Shown piece by piece: positions 53,801-64,000 of a DNA stretch of 64,000 nt. The notes beneath the pieces were generated by a model that had not been told where the DNA came from, did not search any database, and saw only the letters and a list, made by a program, of their open reading frames with translations. Made by a program: the position numbers and the translations under genes. Positions within the stretch are counted from its first letter, which is position 1. Every line of letters starts with the position of its first letter. Source of the stretch: Klebsormidium nitens (Eukaryota; Plantae; Klebsormidiophyceae); the NCBI GenBank assembly GCA_000708835.1, contig DF237243.1:1-64000 (forward strand), written 5' to 3'.

Positions 53801-55190
53801 GAACCGCAAGCACCCTCGGAGGAGCGGCTCTTCTCGCTTTCCGTTAGGCCGCCTATACTAGGCACAGTCTTCCACTTCGAATCTTAAGTTCACATGCTTC
53901 TGCTGAGGCCTGAGAGACACGTACGGAGAGCTTCACAACATTTATTTCTTTCAAAGTCGTTTTGTGGTCCCAAAAACAGGGGCTTTGTAGGACGACAAAG
54001 CAAAAAAGTTAAGAGTATTATGAGCCTAGAAGTTTTGACGAGCGTCGTTAACTCAGGACGCGAAGTATGAGAAGCCCGGTTGTACGTCTTCTAACCCCTT
54101 CGACTCTCCCGCAGTTTCCACGAGTGACATGGAACTAGAGACGGGACAGGCCGCGAGCTTCCTGGCAATGGTTGGCTGTCACAACCACTGCGTCTCTGAC
54201 GTCATGCGGATGTCACTCGACTTCCAGGCCGTCGCCTCGGAGATCTCCCCCACGCTGCGGGTCTCTTTTCTGGTGAGTCTGCGGTCGTCCCCTACGTTTG
54301 TTCCGTGTTCCGTTTTGTCTCCCTTCACGGGTCGGGATAACTGGTCTTTCTTAATAGAACCAAAAGCATGGGAGCTGCAAAAGAAACAATTGTTTGCCTA
54401 AAATCCAGTCCGCGCCGTTCTTCTTGAGTTGCTAAACAGAATAGTGCTTTGCGACTAGGTAGCACAATCCGCTCGCTTAGAAAAAGAGGATTTGCTTCTT
54501 CTCCACGATGGTCAGCACTCAAGTCCGAACCCGCAAGTAGAGAACCGCCATGATTCGAAGTTGCATGATTCGAAGTAAAAGGATAGCGACTTTCGCTCTT
54601 TACGTGACAGGCTGGCCGATGCTGATGTTGAACAGTCTACACGTCAGACCACCGTACAGCCGTTGAAAGGAAAGCTGGGCGGAGGACTCTAGGATCGAAA
54701 GGTCTTCACGAAGCTAGATTCTGGATTTGTCACAGCCTGAAACTGCTAAGGTCCCCCCATTCCTCTTACAAATGGCATTGAAGTCCGAGTCTCCTGCACG
54801 AAACTGTCTAAATGGGACGCACTCGGTCTGCAGGTGGACTTGTACAATGACGATCCCAGGCAGCGGAGTGACGTCACTTCAGGTGGCACCGGACCGCACC
54901 GGAGCCATCACGCAGAGTGCAGCTTCGGCCACGTGGCGCCCTGCCATTGGCCCAGCCAAGCGGGCGCGGCATTCTCTCGGAGACAGCCCTTTCAGGCGGG
55001 AGCAAACGAAGAAAACGCGGGCTCGCGGGTGCCTAGAAAGAAGTCACCCAAGCGCATCGCTTCTGAGAAGAGATATCAGTGCTCGAAGTTCGCCAAATCT
55101 GAGCCGAGAGGGATCGAGAAAGTTTGCAAACGGCACGAGCAGCCGTGCACGGTGACCCCGCGAGAGCGAGAAGGGTGGAGAATGAAATAA
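50830..55190 (+). CDS. Unknown protein (~350 aa, 5 exons) with KRPAFLIQ / TYQG / GRILGYP motifs
   Basis: Exons 50830-51117, 52357-52470, 52942-53077, 54115-54272, 54834-55190; total 1,053 nt, phase-consistent GT-AG introns, GC3-rich. No confident family assignment. Confidence 0.8.
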
Positions 55191-56317
55191 GGCCAAAGAC
55201 GTTTGCGTTCAATTCTTTGTGGGCAATCAGTGCCCAAAACATTACTGCTTGAACTCAATCATACGGATGGCCGGTACGTTACCGTCTTGAGGAAATCATA
55301 CTGTATGTGTAGTAGATGCAGTGCCGGCACAGGGGTGCAGGAAACTTGAATTTGAACGGTTGCCAGGTTCAGGGACGCCAGAGGATAACCGCCCACTCAC
55401 TCGACTTGACTAAAGTCCGGCTACGTCAGGATCCTCATGACTTTTCGAAGTAGTGCATTTTCCGCCCTCTGCTGCATGGCACCTCCTAAGTTTAGATCTC
55501 ACTGCCAAAAGTATCGTTTACAAGCCCCCAGCTTATCGAAACTGAGTCTGACCGGATCTGTGCTACAACGGCCGCGGCCCGACGCCATACTCATGCCAGC
55601 AATCGCGAGTGATCACTTTTCAAGCTGCATGCATAGTCAACCTTAGCTAGCAAGGTCATGTTATATGATCAGATTATCATGCATGGCGACGCTCAATTTT
55701 GATGTGGCATGGATGGCCGGGCAGTGACTGCGCATGCTCGACTCAGGAGATCCCATGCATCAACAGGTTCAATATGATCGATCAAATCCACGCGATTCAC
55801 ACATCAACTTGTTATACTGGATCATGCAGTCACTGCCGCATTTGAATCCGTTTTCGATTGCGGACTCTGGCCGCTGGCTTCTGCCGCCGTGCCATATATG
55901 GCCGAGCCGCGGCACGATTATATAGGCCAATCTTTACCACTGTGCATCATCCAAGCTTGAGCTTCATGTAGGGCCCGGCGGCTTGCTAGCATGGGACTAA
56001 CTCACGAATTCGTCTTGGTTCATCGTGGCAAACACAGATCAATCAGAAATATTAATAAGCCCCATCTAGGAAAGGCAGTGCATCATAAGCCCTGATTGCG
56101 TGGCTTGGCCAGAGCCGCAGATCTACTTGTCGCGCCTTTCTTATGGCCCGTGATTTGCATCACAGAGCCTTCAATTCACCTATAAGAATAAGCCCCCTAT
56201 AACAGCGAACTCGTCATGTACCCCGTTTCGGAGAAGCGATCGACCAAAGTTGTATGTAAGCTTATCACACGCGTACTAGCGCCTTGTATGAACATACTCA
56301 GCAAAGCCAACACGCTG

Positions 56318-59300
56318 TCAATGTTTGTCGCCGCAAAAGACCGTTGCGAGCGCCTGACGTATTTGGCACTCTACGACGGGTCCGTACTGCATGACGTCGT
56401 TTGAGGCCTCGCCCACCGCCCCAGGGCCTCGGGCCACAACCTCCCCGTCAACGCAGAGGAGCCCGCCCTTCCCGTCCGACTTTCTGCCGCCCGGTTCGAA
56501 CCGGAAGGCTTTCACCTGGACGGCGAAGAGAAAACTTGATCAACGTGAGCCAGCTTGCACCATTTAGGTAAGGATGACACCAAGGTGGTTTGCTCACGAG
56601 ACAACGGGATGAAGAGATTTCGCCTTGAAGTCAGGATACCTTGAGACCCGTGTCGATAGGCGGCATATAGCGACAAGCAGCTTGCAGCACTGAAAGAGAA
56701 CCGACGATCCTTCCCTCCCTCTTCGGCAAAAGCATTCGTTGGTTTTCTCCTTGCAACCTACTACAGGCGCCGCCGTCATGCTCTGCATCAAGCCGACTCA
56801 AAGAGATTTTCCACACTTGCGTAAGCCAGTATTTGAGAAGTTTTGGCAGAGACTGCTCACCTTGAGGTACTTAAAGACTCCCGGCCCCAGCTTGAGCCCC
56901 TTGTCGACGTGCTTGCCGCTCTCGATGGCCAGGAAGAGGTCGAGAAGCTTGAGCCGTCCGATCTCGTTCACGATCACCACGTCCAAGAAGCCGTCCGAAA
57001 GCTGCAGGGATCAAGGGTTTAGCGGTGTAGGGGTTTAGCAGGTGATGGTTCGGCAGAAGAGAGCATCTGCCCAAGATGGTCCAACGTTCGATGAAACGAT
57101 CTGGTCAGCATGTCAACCCACACTCTATCGCCGGCGTAATCTCATCAAACAAGCCCCCACAGCGACCCCACCGTTATAACGGGCACTGTCTGACTCAATA
57201 TAGCTGCATCTCGAACATCTCTCCGCCAAAGCACTTTGCAGATTCGCATCGAGGGAGGCTACAAGTCCACTTCAGCCGGTGGATATCAAAACACCGGAAT
57301 TTGGGCGTCAATCGACACTGCCGGAGCTTCCAACGGTGCGGTGGACCTGTCGTCGAGCAAAGGGGCAGTCTCGTTCCTGGCACCCTACCAACCGACTCTG
57401 ACCTTTGCTCTCGACGTACATTGCATGTTGGTTAACGTGGATGTTGAGCACTTCAGAGGGCCGATCGGCCATCTTGATCGTTTCTTCTCCGAATCTCGCA
57501 TACTTGGCAAACCTTGAAAACTTATCTCTCACCTCGGCTTTTGGCGCAATCTGCATATCGGTCGCCGCCCACTTTGTATTGTTCGCCCAGATCAGTGTGA
57601 ACGGTCCCTCCTCCCGCCGCCACGCGCCCACGTCCGCTCCGCTCTCCCCGTGGTCAAAAGTGCTGGCGCCGCCCAACAGTGACTCTTTCATGTCTGCGGG
57701 TGTAACGAAACGGGATTAGCGGCGAGGTCTGGGCTAACCGGGTCTGCATTTGAAGCTCAAATGCGGCTGTAGCAACTGACGTAGCGCCAGCAGCGAGTTG
57801 TTCATATCTGCGGGGTCGTACCAGAACGGGGTTAGTGGCGAGGTGTGCGCTAAACGGGCCTGCCTTTCAGAATTCTGATCACCGCGGATCACTGCGGATG
57901 TAGGAACCGGGTTAGCGCCAGCAGCGACTCTTTCATATCTGCGGGGTTACGAAAAGGGGCTAGCGGCGGAGTCTTGGCTAACCGGACCGGCGGCAAAGTA
58001 TAACCGCGGATGCAGGCCAGTAGCAACTCCTTCATGTTTGCGGACGAACAGAATGGGGTTAGCAACGGGTTCTGGGCTAAACGGGCCTGTATTCTCAGCA
58101 TCAAACGCAAATGAAGGAGCCGGGGTAAGCGTCAAAAGCGACGCGCTCGTATAGGCAGACGTACAAAACGCGATTCGCCGCCGATGTTGAGATGTTCGGG
58201 CTTACCCCTTGAGCATGACCACGGGTGTACAAAATGCGTTAGCTACTGGATGTAAGCAGTTCGGACCACGATTTACACCAATTGCTGTCAGGATTCTTTT
58301 ACACAGGAATGGTGGCTGAAGCGGACGTAAGAGGACCATGTCTAAAGTCTGTTCCGCTTGCCACAGCTTTGGACAAAAGCTTTGGAGGAAGCGTTGCTTG
58401 GAGTCGCCAAGGGAATTGCTTTCGACATTCGGCATCTTTGTGGGACCGAGGAACAGCTCCCTGATTAGGTCTTCAAAGGGATTGAAAACGTGGATCCACA
58501 CATTGTAAACGCGGATGCACACTTCGTAAACGTGGATCCACGCTACGAAACGCTGACGAATATGAAGGAGGGATGTGCGCTCTTCTGAAACTACATCAAA
58601 TTTGCGAGCGGGATTGAAGTTGTTCGCGCTTATCCCGCTTTCCGGCCCACATAGTGTCATTCGAAAGAGTTGACTCGCCGGGACCAATATTCTATTATCT
58701 TCTTTATCATGGACCGAATGACGCTAATGTTGTATGAATGTGGTGGTGAGCAGCACGTCACAGGTCAACCTTTAACGGAAGCCAATGGACGTAACAAGCA
58801 ACGCATCGAGCTGCGGGTGTCTCCTATTTCAGACCCAGATACTGAGCAAGAGAGCAGAAAGCAGGAAGAAGCAAAAGGAGAGAACAGAACGGGTGCTCAC
58901 TTCGGCCAGAAGGAGAGGGGAGCGACATGTCGTCGGCTGGCAAGTAGTGGAACGTGCCGTGGTATTGCCGCAAGCCGATGATGCGTTTGACGGTCTGCAA
59001 AGATAGAAGTGAGTGAGTTCCAGGAAAGATTACAAGTTTGTCGACAAAGATGTCTCCGAAAGGGGCAGAGGCCAAATCCGCTCAGAAGCTTCGTTGCCGA
59101 GACGGGCTCCATGATCCAGGACGTTGGGCGAGAGCCTTGCTCGGGTGATTATTTAAACCTTCGGGCCTTCGAAGTTCCAGGCCGCAGGCCGTAAGGTCGT
59201 TAGGCCGTCAGGAAAAGCGCATCAAAACTAGGAAATAAGAGAGATAAGAGGCAAGGAGACAAGAAGATGAGAGAATGTCTGCCCGCAAGAAGACAAAGTC

Positions 59301-62300
59301 AGTACGTTGGCCGAAGCGGAACACCACTCTTCGTGAGATGCTGCTTGTCTATCCCGTCAAGCCACGGCACATAAATCCCAAATTCAAACCCCCCCTGTTC
59401 AGAGGCTCGAAACGGGAAACATTTCCAGTGGACTGTTGAGCAATCAACCCAGACAGTCCAGACAAACCAAATCCCGAAAGCCTACTAAACGGAGAGGGAA
59501 TTCGCCGTGGTTCCAAAATGTTGCAACTCTGGACGGGCAAAGCAAATTTTTTGAGCCGTATCTGATAGAGCAGTCTACCAAACCGGGAGGTCCTTTCACC
59601 GATTCGAATTCCCAATTGTTAAAACGCTATTCCGGACGCCATGTGTCAACTAGCACGGACTAAGTTTGTTACGTCCGGAGTAACATTTTTGCTTTACCCC
59701 TCCGGAATTGCATATTCGAAATTAGGTCGAATACTCTGAACACCTCAAACCGTGTACCCACTCACCTGCACGGTGAACCGAGCAGCCCCCATCCATTTGA
59801 ACGCCTCTGACTCAATGTCGACATCCGAGACGAAACCTGCGCATCAAGGACCGACCAATTTGCGAACGCCGGGGCGAGGTGCGAAAGGTACTCTTGACGA
59901 CAGAAGATAATTGCTGACAAGCACGCAGACTGCCCTTGTTGCAACAGTACACGGAACGTAAGGAGACTGTCAGGCTCTTCAAGGCCAGCCACCTGGCTCA
60001 ACAATGAGCTCGATGGCTGTTCACGCAAACCCGATTTTCAAGTGAGGGCCTGAACCCGATGGCGCGCTTGAGGTACTGTCGAAACGGACAATTGTATCCG
60101 ATCTTGGGCGTCCCTGCTGCCTATCATTTCCATTTTAGGTGACCGTACGGTTGCAAAAGCGGGACGGTCGAGGGCCTTTTGGCTGTGCGAAGAGAAGGAC
60201 GGCTCACCCCATGTGACGCACAGGAGGCCATGGTAGTCCTTCACCCCCTGGCTCAATGTGAATACGTCCAGCTTCTTCTTCTGGCCTGCATGAAGGAAAG
60301 GGGTTTACGCCAACGTTGATTGCCTAGGACGACGGGTAACCTGGTTGTGGATTGGCTTTCTCGACAAGACCTGGGTGATGCTTTCAAGGTGTTACCGAAA
60401 TCAGGGGCATACTCCGTGTAGAGTGCTCGTTGAAGCTAGAAATCGACATGTGCTACAGCCTGTTTCCAAGTACGAACATGAAGCTCCTCAACTCCCAAGC
60501 TTGTCATTCGTCGAGGGAACGGAAGGACCTTCCGAAGAAGACGGGTTGTGCTCAACCAGGACAGAAAGACGGACTGTCGATTGAAGCGCGCACGGATAGG
60601 ACGCAATAAGCTCGCGACGGCTCACCTAGGATGATGGCAAGAACAGCCCCAGCCGGATCATACGGTTCGCCAGCAAGCGTCAGAAACGACTTTGCGAGCC
60701 CGTTTCCCGATCCTGCAAACGGGTTTTGAGATGACCGGTTGCTTTGTAGGGTTGCGCCCAACGTTGACTGGAGATGCTTGCTGTAAGTCGACCCTTGCTG
60801 GCTCTTTGGGGAGCTATGGGAAAAATGAACCTTGAGAATCTTCGATGAAGGCCTCTGAGGAGGGGGCTACGACACAGTTTGAAGCAACCTGTCTCACAGA
60901 CGGCTGCAGCTTTTGATCACGTTGATCACATTTCTTGAAATCCGCCTTCCCTTTCGTATCCCCCCCGGCCCATATCCGAAGTATCCGTCTTGACCAGACC
61001 CAGTCTCTGTACCAGTATGAAGTGCACGAGCTTGTTCATGAAGATGCTCACCTGCTGGGACGAGGCCAATGGGAATCTGAATCGCCTCTTGCCAGTCTGC
61101 TCGGTCAAGAAGACCATTCATCACCTGCAAACAAGCAGCGGCTTTTCGTATTTCTAGTCGAATGCAACTCTTGCAGAAATCGTGCTGTAAGGAGGTTCTT
61201 TTCATCTCAGAAACTCCTCTTGCTCGAGGGTGCTACGAGAGCCCCCTGACACCGGTGAGCATGTAGTCTAACCTTGCTTCCAACAAAGCCAGGAAAGCGG
61301 TTTGATTGTTCGCCACCCAGAGAGTTCCTCTCTGTATGCTGAGATTTACGAAGCAAGGGCTGCTCATTCTCGCGCTCAGATCGAGGACGGACTGCTGCTG
61401 TGAAGGTTTGTTTGCGCGATGCTCAGGTTTCGCATGTAAGCAGAAACGGTCCAAAGATGAAAGGTCGCCTGTGCTGTCTGCCTGCATGGAAAGTGTCAAG
61501 TTTCTTACCTCCACAGCACTCCCATCACCACTGACACAGACGATCCCATCGCACGACCTCCTCTCCGCTTCTTGAGCAATCTCCTTGGCATGGTTCCAAT
61601 GAGTGGTGACTGCAAAGAGCCAGAGACCATCAGAGCTCAGCAGCATAAAGAGGAGGGACTTGAAGAGGGTCAAATCAGAAAAAGACAAAGTTATCAAGTC
61701 AGAAGTAGCGTGGGGAGCAGGAGAATTGCACTTTGCACCTGCACCTTGCCCACACACTTATCCAATAATGGACACATTCCAGCTGTTGTTGGCACGAAAA
61801 TCTGTGATTCAGCACCGGTCTGCACAATTGAAGAAGGGGCGAAGGCCAATTTTTGGTGAAAAGCGGCATGCCCGATCCATACATAAAGATGGTGCTTCCG
61901 AAGGCTTTCACTGACTCTAGAAGTTTGTCACTCAACGAAGTAATAAAATCACAAAGACGTTGAGTGGCCAAAAGCAGGCAGCATTAGAGTGGAGCTGATT
62001 TCCAAGTGAAGTCTTCCGTGTGAGCCGAATGGACCTTTTCTTTAGGCGAAGCAGAGAGGGATCCCCCTGACAATCATCAGGTGCTCACATGTGGTGGTGT
62101 ATTGCACTCCTGCCGCCTTGAGGAGAGGTTCAACATCTTGATTGTAGATCTCAGGGGCCTTGCCTCTGCCGCTCTTTGGATTCACTATCACGATCAGTCG
62201 CTTTGGTCTGCCTGCACATTGAAAATTTTTGGGGTTGTGCGGGCAATGGTTGGAGATGCAGGATCGGATCAAGCGCGAATAGGATTTTGATCTGGTTCAT

Positions 62301-63078
62301 TGTCGACTCTTCCCTGTTAGACAGGACACATTCTGTAGCAAAAGCCTCTTCGGTCTTCTTACCGCCTACTCCAAGACTTTCTGAAGAGCAACAGTAACAC
62401 GTAGGACGACAATGTGTGCAGAGATTAGAACATGCTGAGCTGAACTTACCTGCGCTAGCAAAAATGCCTTCCAACGTTGTCCCCCAATCGTCATGGGACT
62501 TTTGCTCATCAAACTCAAGGATTGTGCTCTTGACCCTTCTTTTAGGTCCCCGGAAGCAACCCCCAGGGGCGAGCGGCAGAGAGTTTATTGTTATACTTGT
62601 AGCCCCTGTGCTAAAGCCCAAGGCCTGCACACAATGAAATCAACTGAGAAGGGAAGAGAACAGGAAATGCATATGAACAAAGCAGTGAAAGAAGACTTCC
62701 TCCATTATGCATTGCTCTCATAAGATCTAGGCAAGATTTAGGTCTTTCTTTTGAGTCCTATTTTGGAGTCCCCGATTGCAGGTCTTACAATTGGTGCTAC
62801 TTTAGTACTGCCATCTAAAAATGGGGGCATTCAAGCCACTCAGGAGAGCATATCAATGCCTAAAGCAGCCGATCGAACAGGCCATTCAGCAGCCAGCCCT
62901 GCATTCTCCCTTGATGGAAAGCCCAAGCGATGATTGTATAACCGGACTACCTTTTTTGGCCACCCACCTCATTCAGAATGTCCAAAGCACCCCCTGGCCA
63001 GCGCAGAACTCCATCCGAGCTCAAAGTCGCCTCTCCTTTCTTCCCTTCAATTGTAATCAATGCTTTGCTGGCAGCCAT
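56318..63078 (-). CDS. SPHK: Sphingosine (long-chain base) kinase, DAGK-catalytic family, ~470 aa, 12 exons
   Basis: Exons 63078-62968, 62624-62450, 62211-62089, 61609-61509, 61124-61052, 60712-60626, 60285-60208, 59836-59766, 58994-58901, 57693-57533, 57001-56861, 56515-56318; total 1,413 nt. Motifs: GRPKRLIVIVNPKSG, GIVCVSGDG, EVMNGLL, PIGLVPAGSGNGLAKS, TWGFVSDVDIESE..KWMG.ARF, LRQYHG, SDGFLDV, VDGE. Confidence 0.93.
57690..58110 (-). repeat. Three degenerate intronic copies of an SPHK exon start
   Basis: ccgcag|a(c/t)atgaa(a)gagtc(a/g)ctg units have acceptors before 57807 and 57938 and a mutated acceptor near 58038; the true exon starts at 57693. Confidence 0.85.
58486..58552. repeat. 21-nt minisatellite (about 3 copies) in an SPHK intron
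   Basis: aaacgtggatccacacattgt / aaacgcggatgcacacttcgt / aaacgtggatccacgctacg. Confidence 0.75.
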
Positions 63079-63679
63079 ACTAATGATAAGTGCGTCAAAG
63101 GCCTATGACGATTGAATACCACTTTAGCTGCCAAAGTGCGCAATCTGCAAAACTTGCAGTTATGCCGTCCGCCCTAAATAAGTTTGAAGAAAACGCTAGG
63201 AGCCCAGCCAGTACTACTGAACGCACTTGGTGTCTTGAGCTGCTATGCTTGTATAGCCAATTGCCAGGTAGAGGAAGAGAATGATGAGCTGTGCGCTTGT
63301 GCTGCCCCTCTTCTTGCAAATGCAATGCAATTCGTTGGACAAGGCTACAACTTACAAGGCTAGGTATTATCCGACTCATTGTCAAGCTAGGAGGCTGCAT
63401 AATGCGCCAAGCTATACACCTTCTGCACGGCCGCCGACGCTTGATGCATGGAATAAAAATCGCGAATGTGCGCGCGAGCAAAGGGCGCAAATCTTCGAAG
63501 CGCGCGCGGCATCCCCGGTTGTCGTGCGTTCAGCCAAAAGCCTCCAACCCAGCCTCACAGATTTTATGAGGAATCTCTCATATTACCCAAGGCCGGCAAC
63601 TGGCAAATAAGTCATAAGTCAATGACGAAACTTCCAGTTCGGTATGGAGAATCTGCTCAGAGCTTATGGTGAATTTGAA

Positions 63680-63860
63680 TCCCCGGGCGGTTGTCACAGG
63701 GAGGAACCGGGCACACTAAAAACCTAGGATAGAGTGACCGCCACACACCCTAATGTCAGTGGGAAGTGCCCGGTTGTCACCCGGTTGCCCGCGAGACCCT
63801 AATGTCACAGGGAGGGCCCGGTTGCTTCTCGGGTGGTATGCGAGACCCTAATGCTAGTGG
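63680..63860. repeat. Degenerate ~48-nt tandem repeat upstream of SPHK
   Basis: accctaatg at 63747, 63796 and 63845, with gcccggttg / gtcacagggagg segments shared among units. Confidence 0.65.
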
Positions 63861-64000
63861 ACTTGCAGTGTTGGTGGCACCCGGTGCAAGCCGTCGCGGA
63901 CCACCACCCCACAAGGGGCGCCGCCCTTATGTACTGCAATCCACACGGTCGCGGCGGCAATTCAAAACGGTCGCTTCGGCCGTCCTGCACGGTCGATATT

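Noticed and set aside
1-64000. rRNA, tRNA or autonomous transposon
   Set aside because: I recognised no conserved rRNA or tRNA signature, and no transposase, RT or integrase motifs, terminal inverted repeats or LTR pairs by eye; a covariance-model scan would be needed to exclude small RNAs.

Overview
This is eukaryotic, intron-rich genomic DNA. GC3-rich exons, 70-1,250 nt GT-AG introns and plant-like proteins suggest a streptophyte green alga of the Klebsormidium type, which is an inference and not a lookup. I assembled eight multi-exon genes by hand with frame-consistent splice phases. (1) +1438-13235: an 18-exon, ~1,263-aa fusion of an indoleamine-2,3-dioxygenase(IDO)-family heme domain, an FNR/CPR-type FAD and NAD(P)H reductase with an inserted EF-hand pair, a cytochrome b5 domain and an unknown C-terminal tail. 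This is the standout, a candidate self-sufficient, Ca2+-gated heme enzyme. (2) -22173-17253: a PptH-like calcineurin-type metallophosphoesterase with very large disordered insertions. (3) +22608-29300: a large unknown protein with a 3.2-kb disordered first exon. (4) -36968-30429: an atypical HSPA12-like Hsp70. (5) -41049-39154: proteasome assembly chaperone 4. (6) +41682-49464: cereblon. (7) +50830-55190: an unknown protein with RPAFL/YQG/ILGYP motifs reminiscent of giant-virus proteins. (8) -63078-56318: sphingosine kinase. Two small low-confidence genes may lie at 13.7-15.5 kb. A second striking pattern is at least nine intronic sites in four genes that carry tandem, degenerate copies of the neighbouring exon boundary, often with splice sites intact. 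I found no rRNA, tRNA, CRISPR array or intact transposon. All homology statements come from motif recognition and memory, and no database searches were run.
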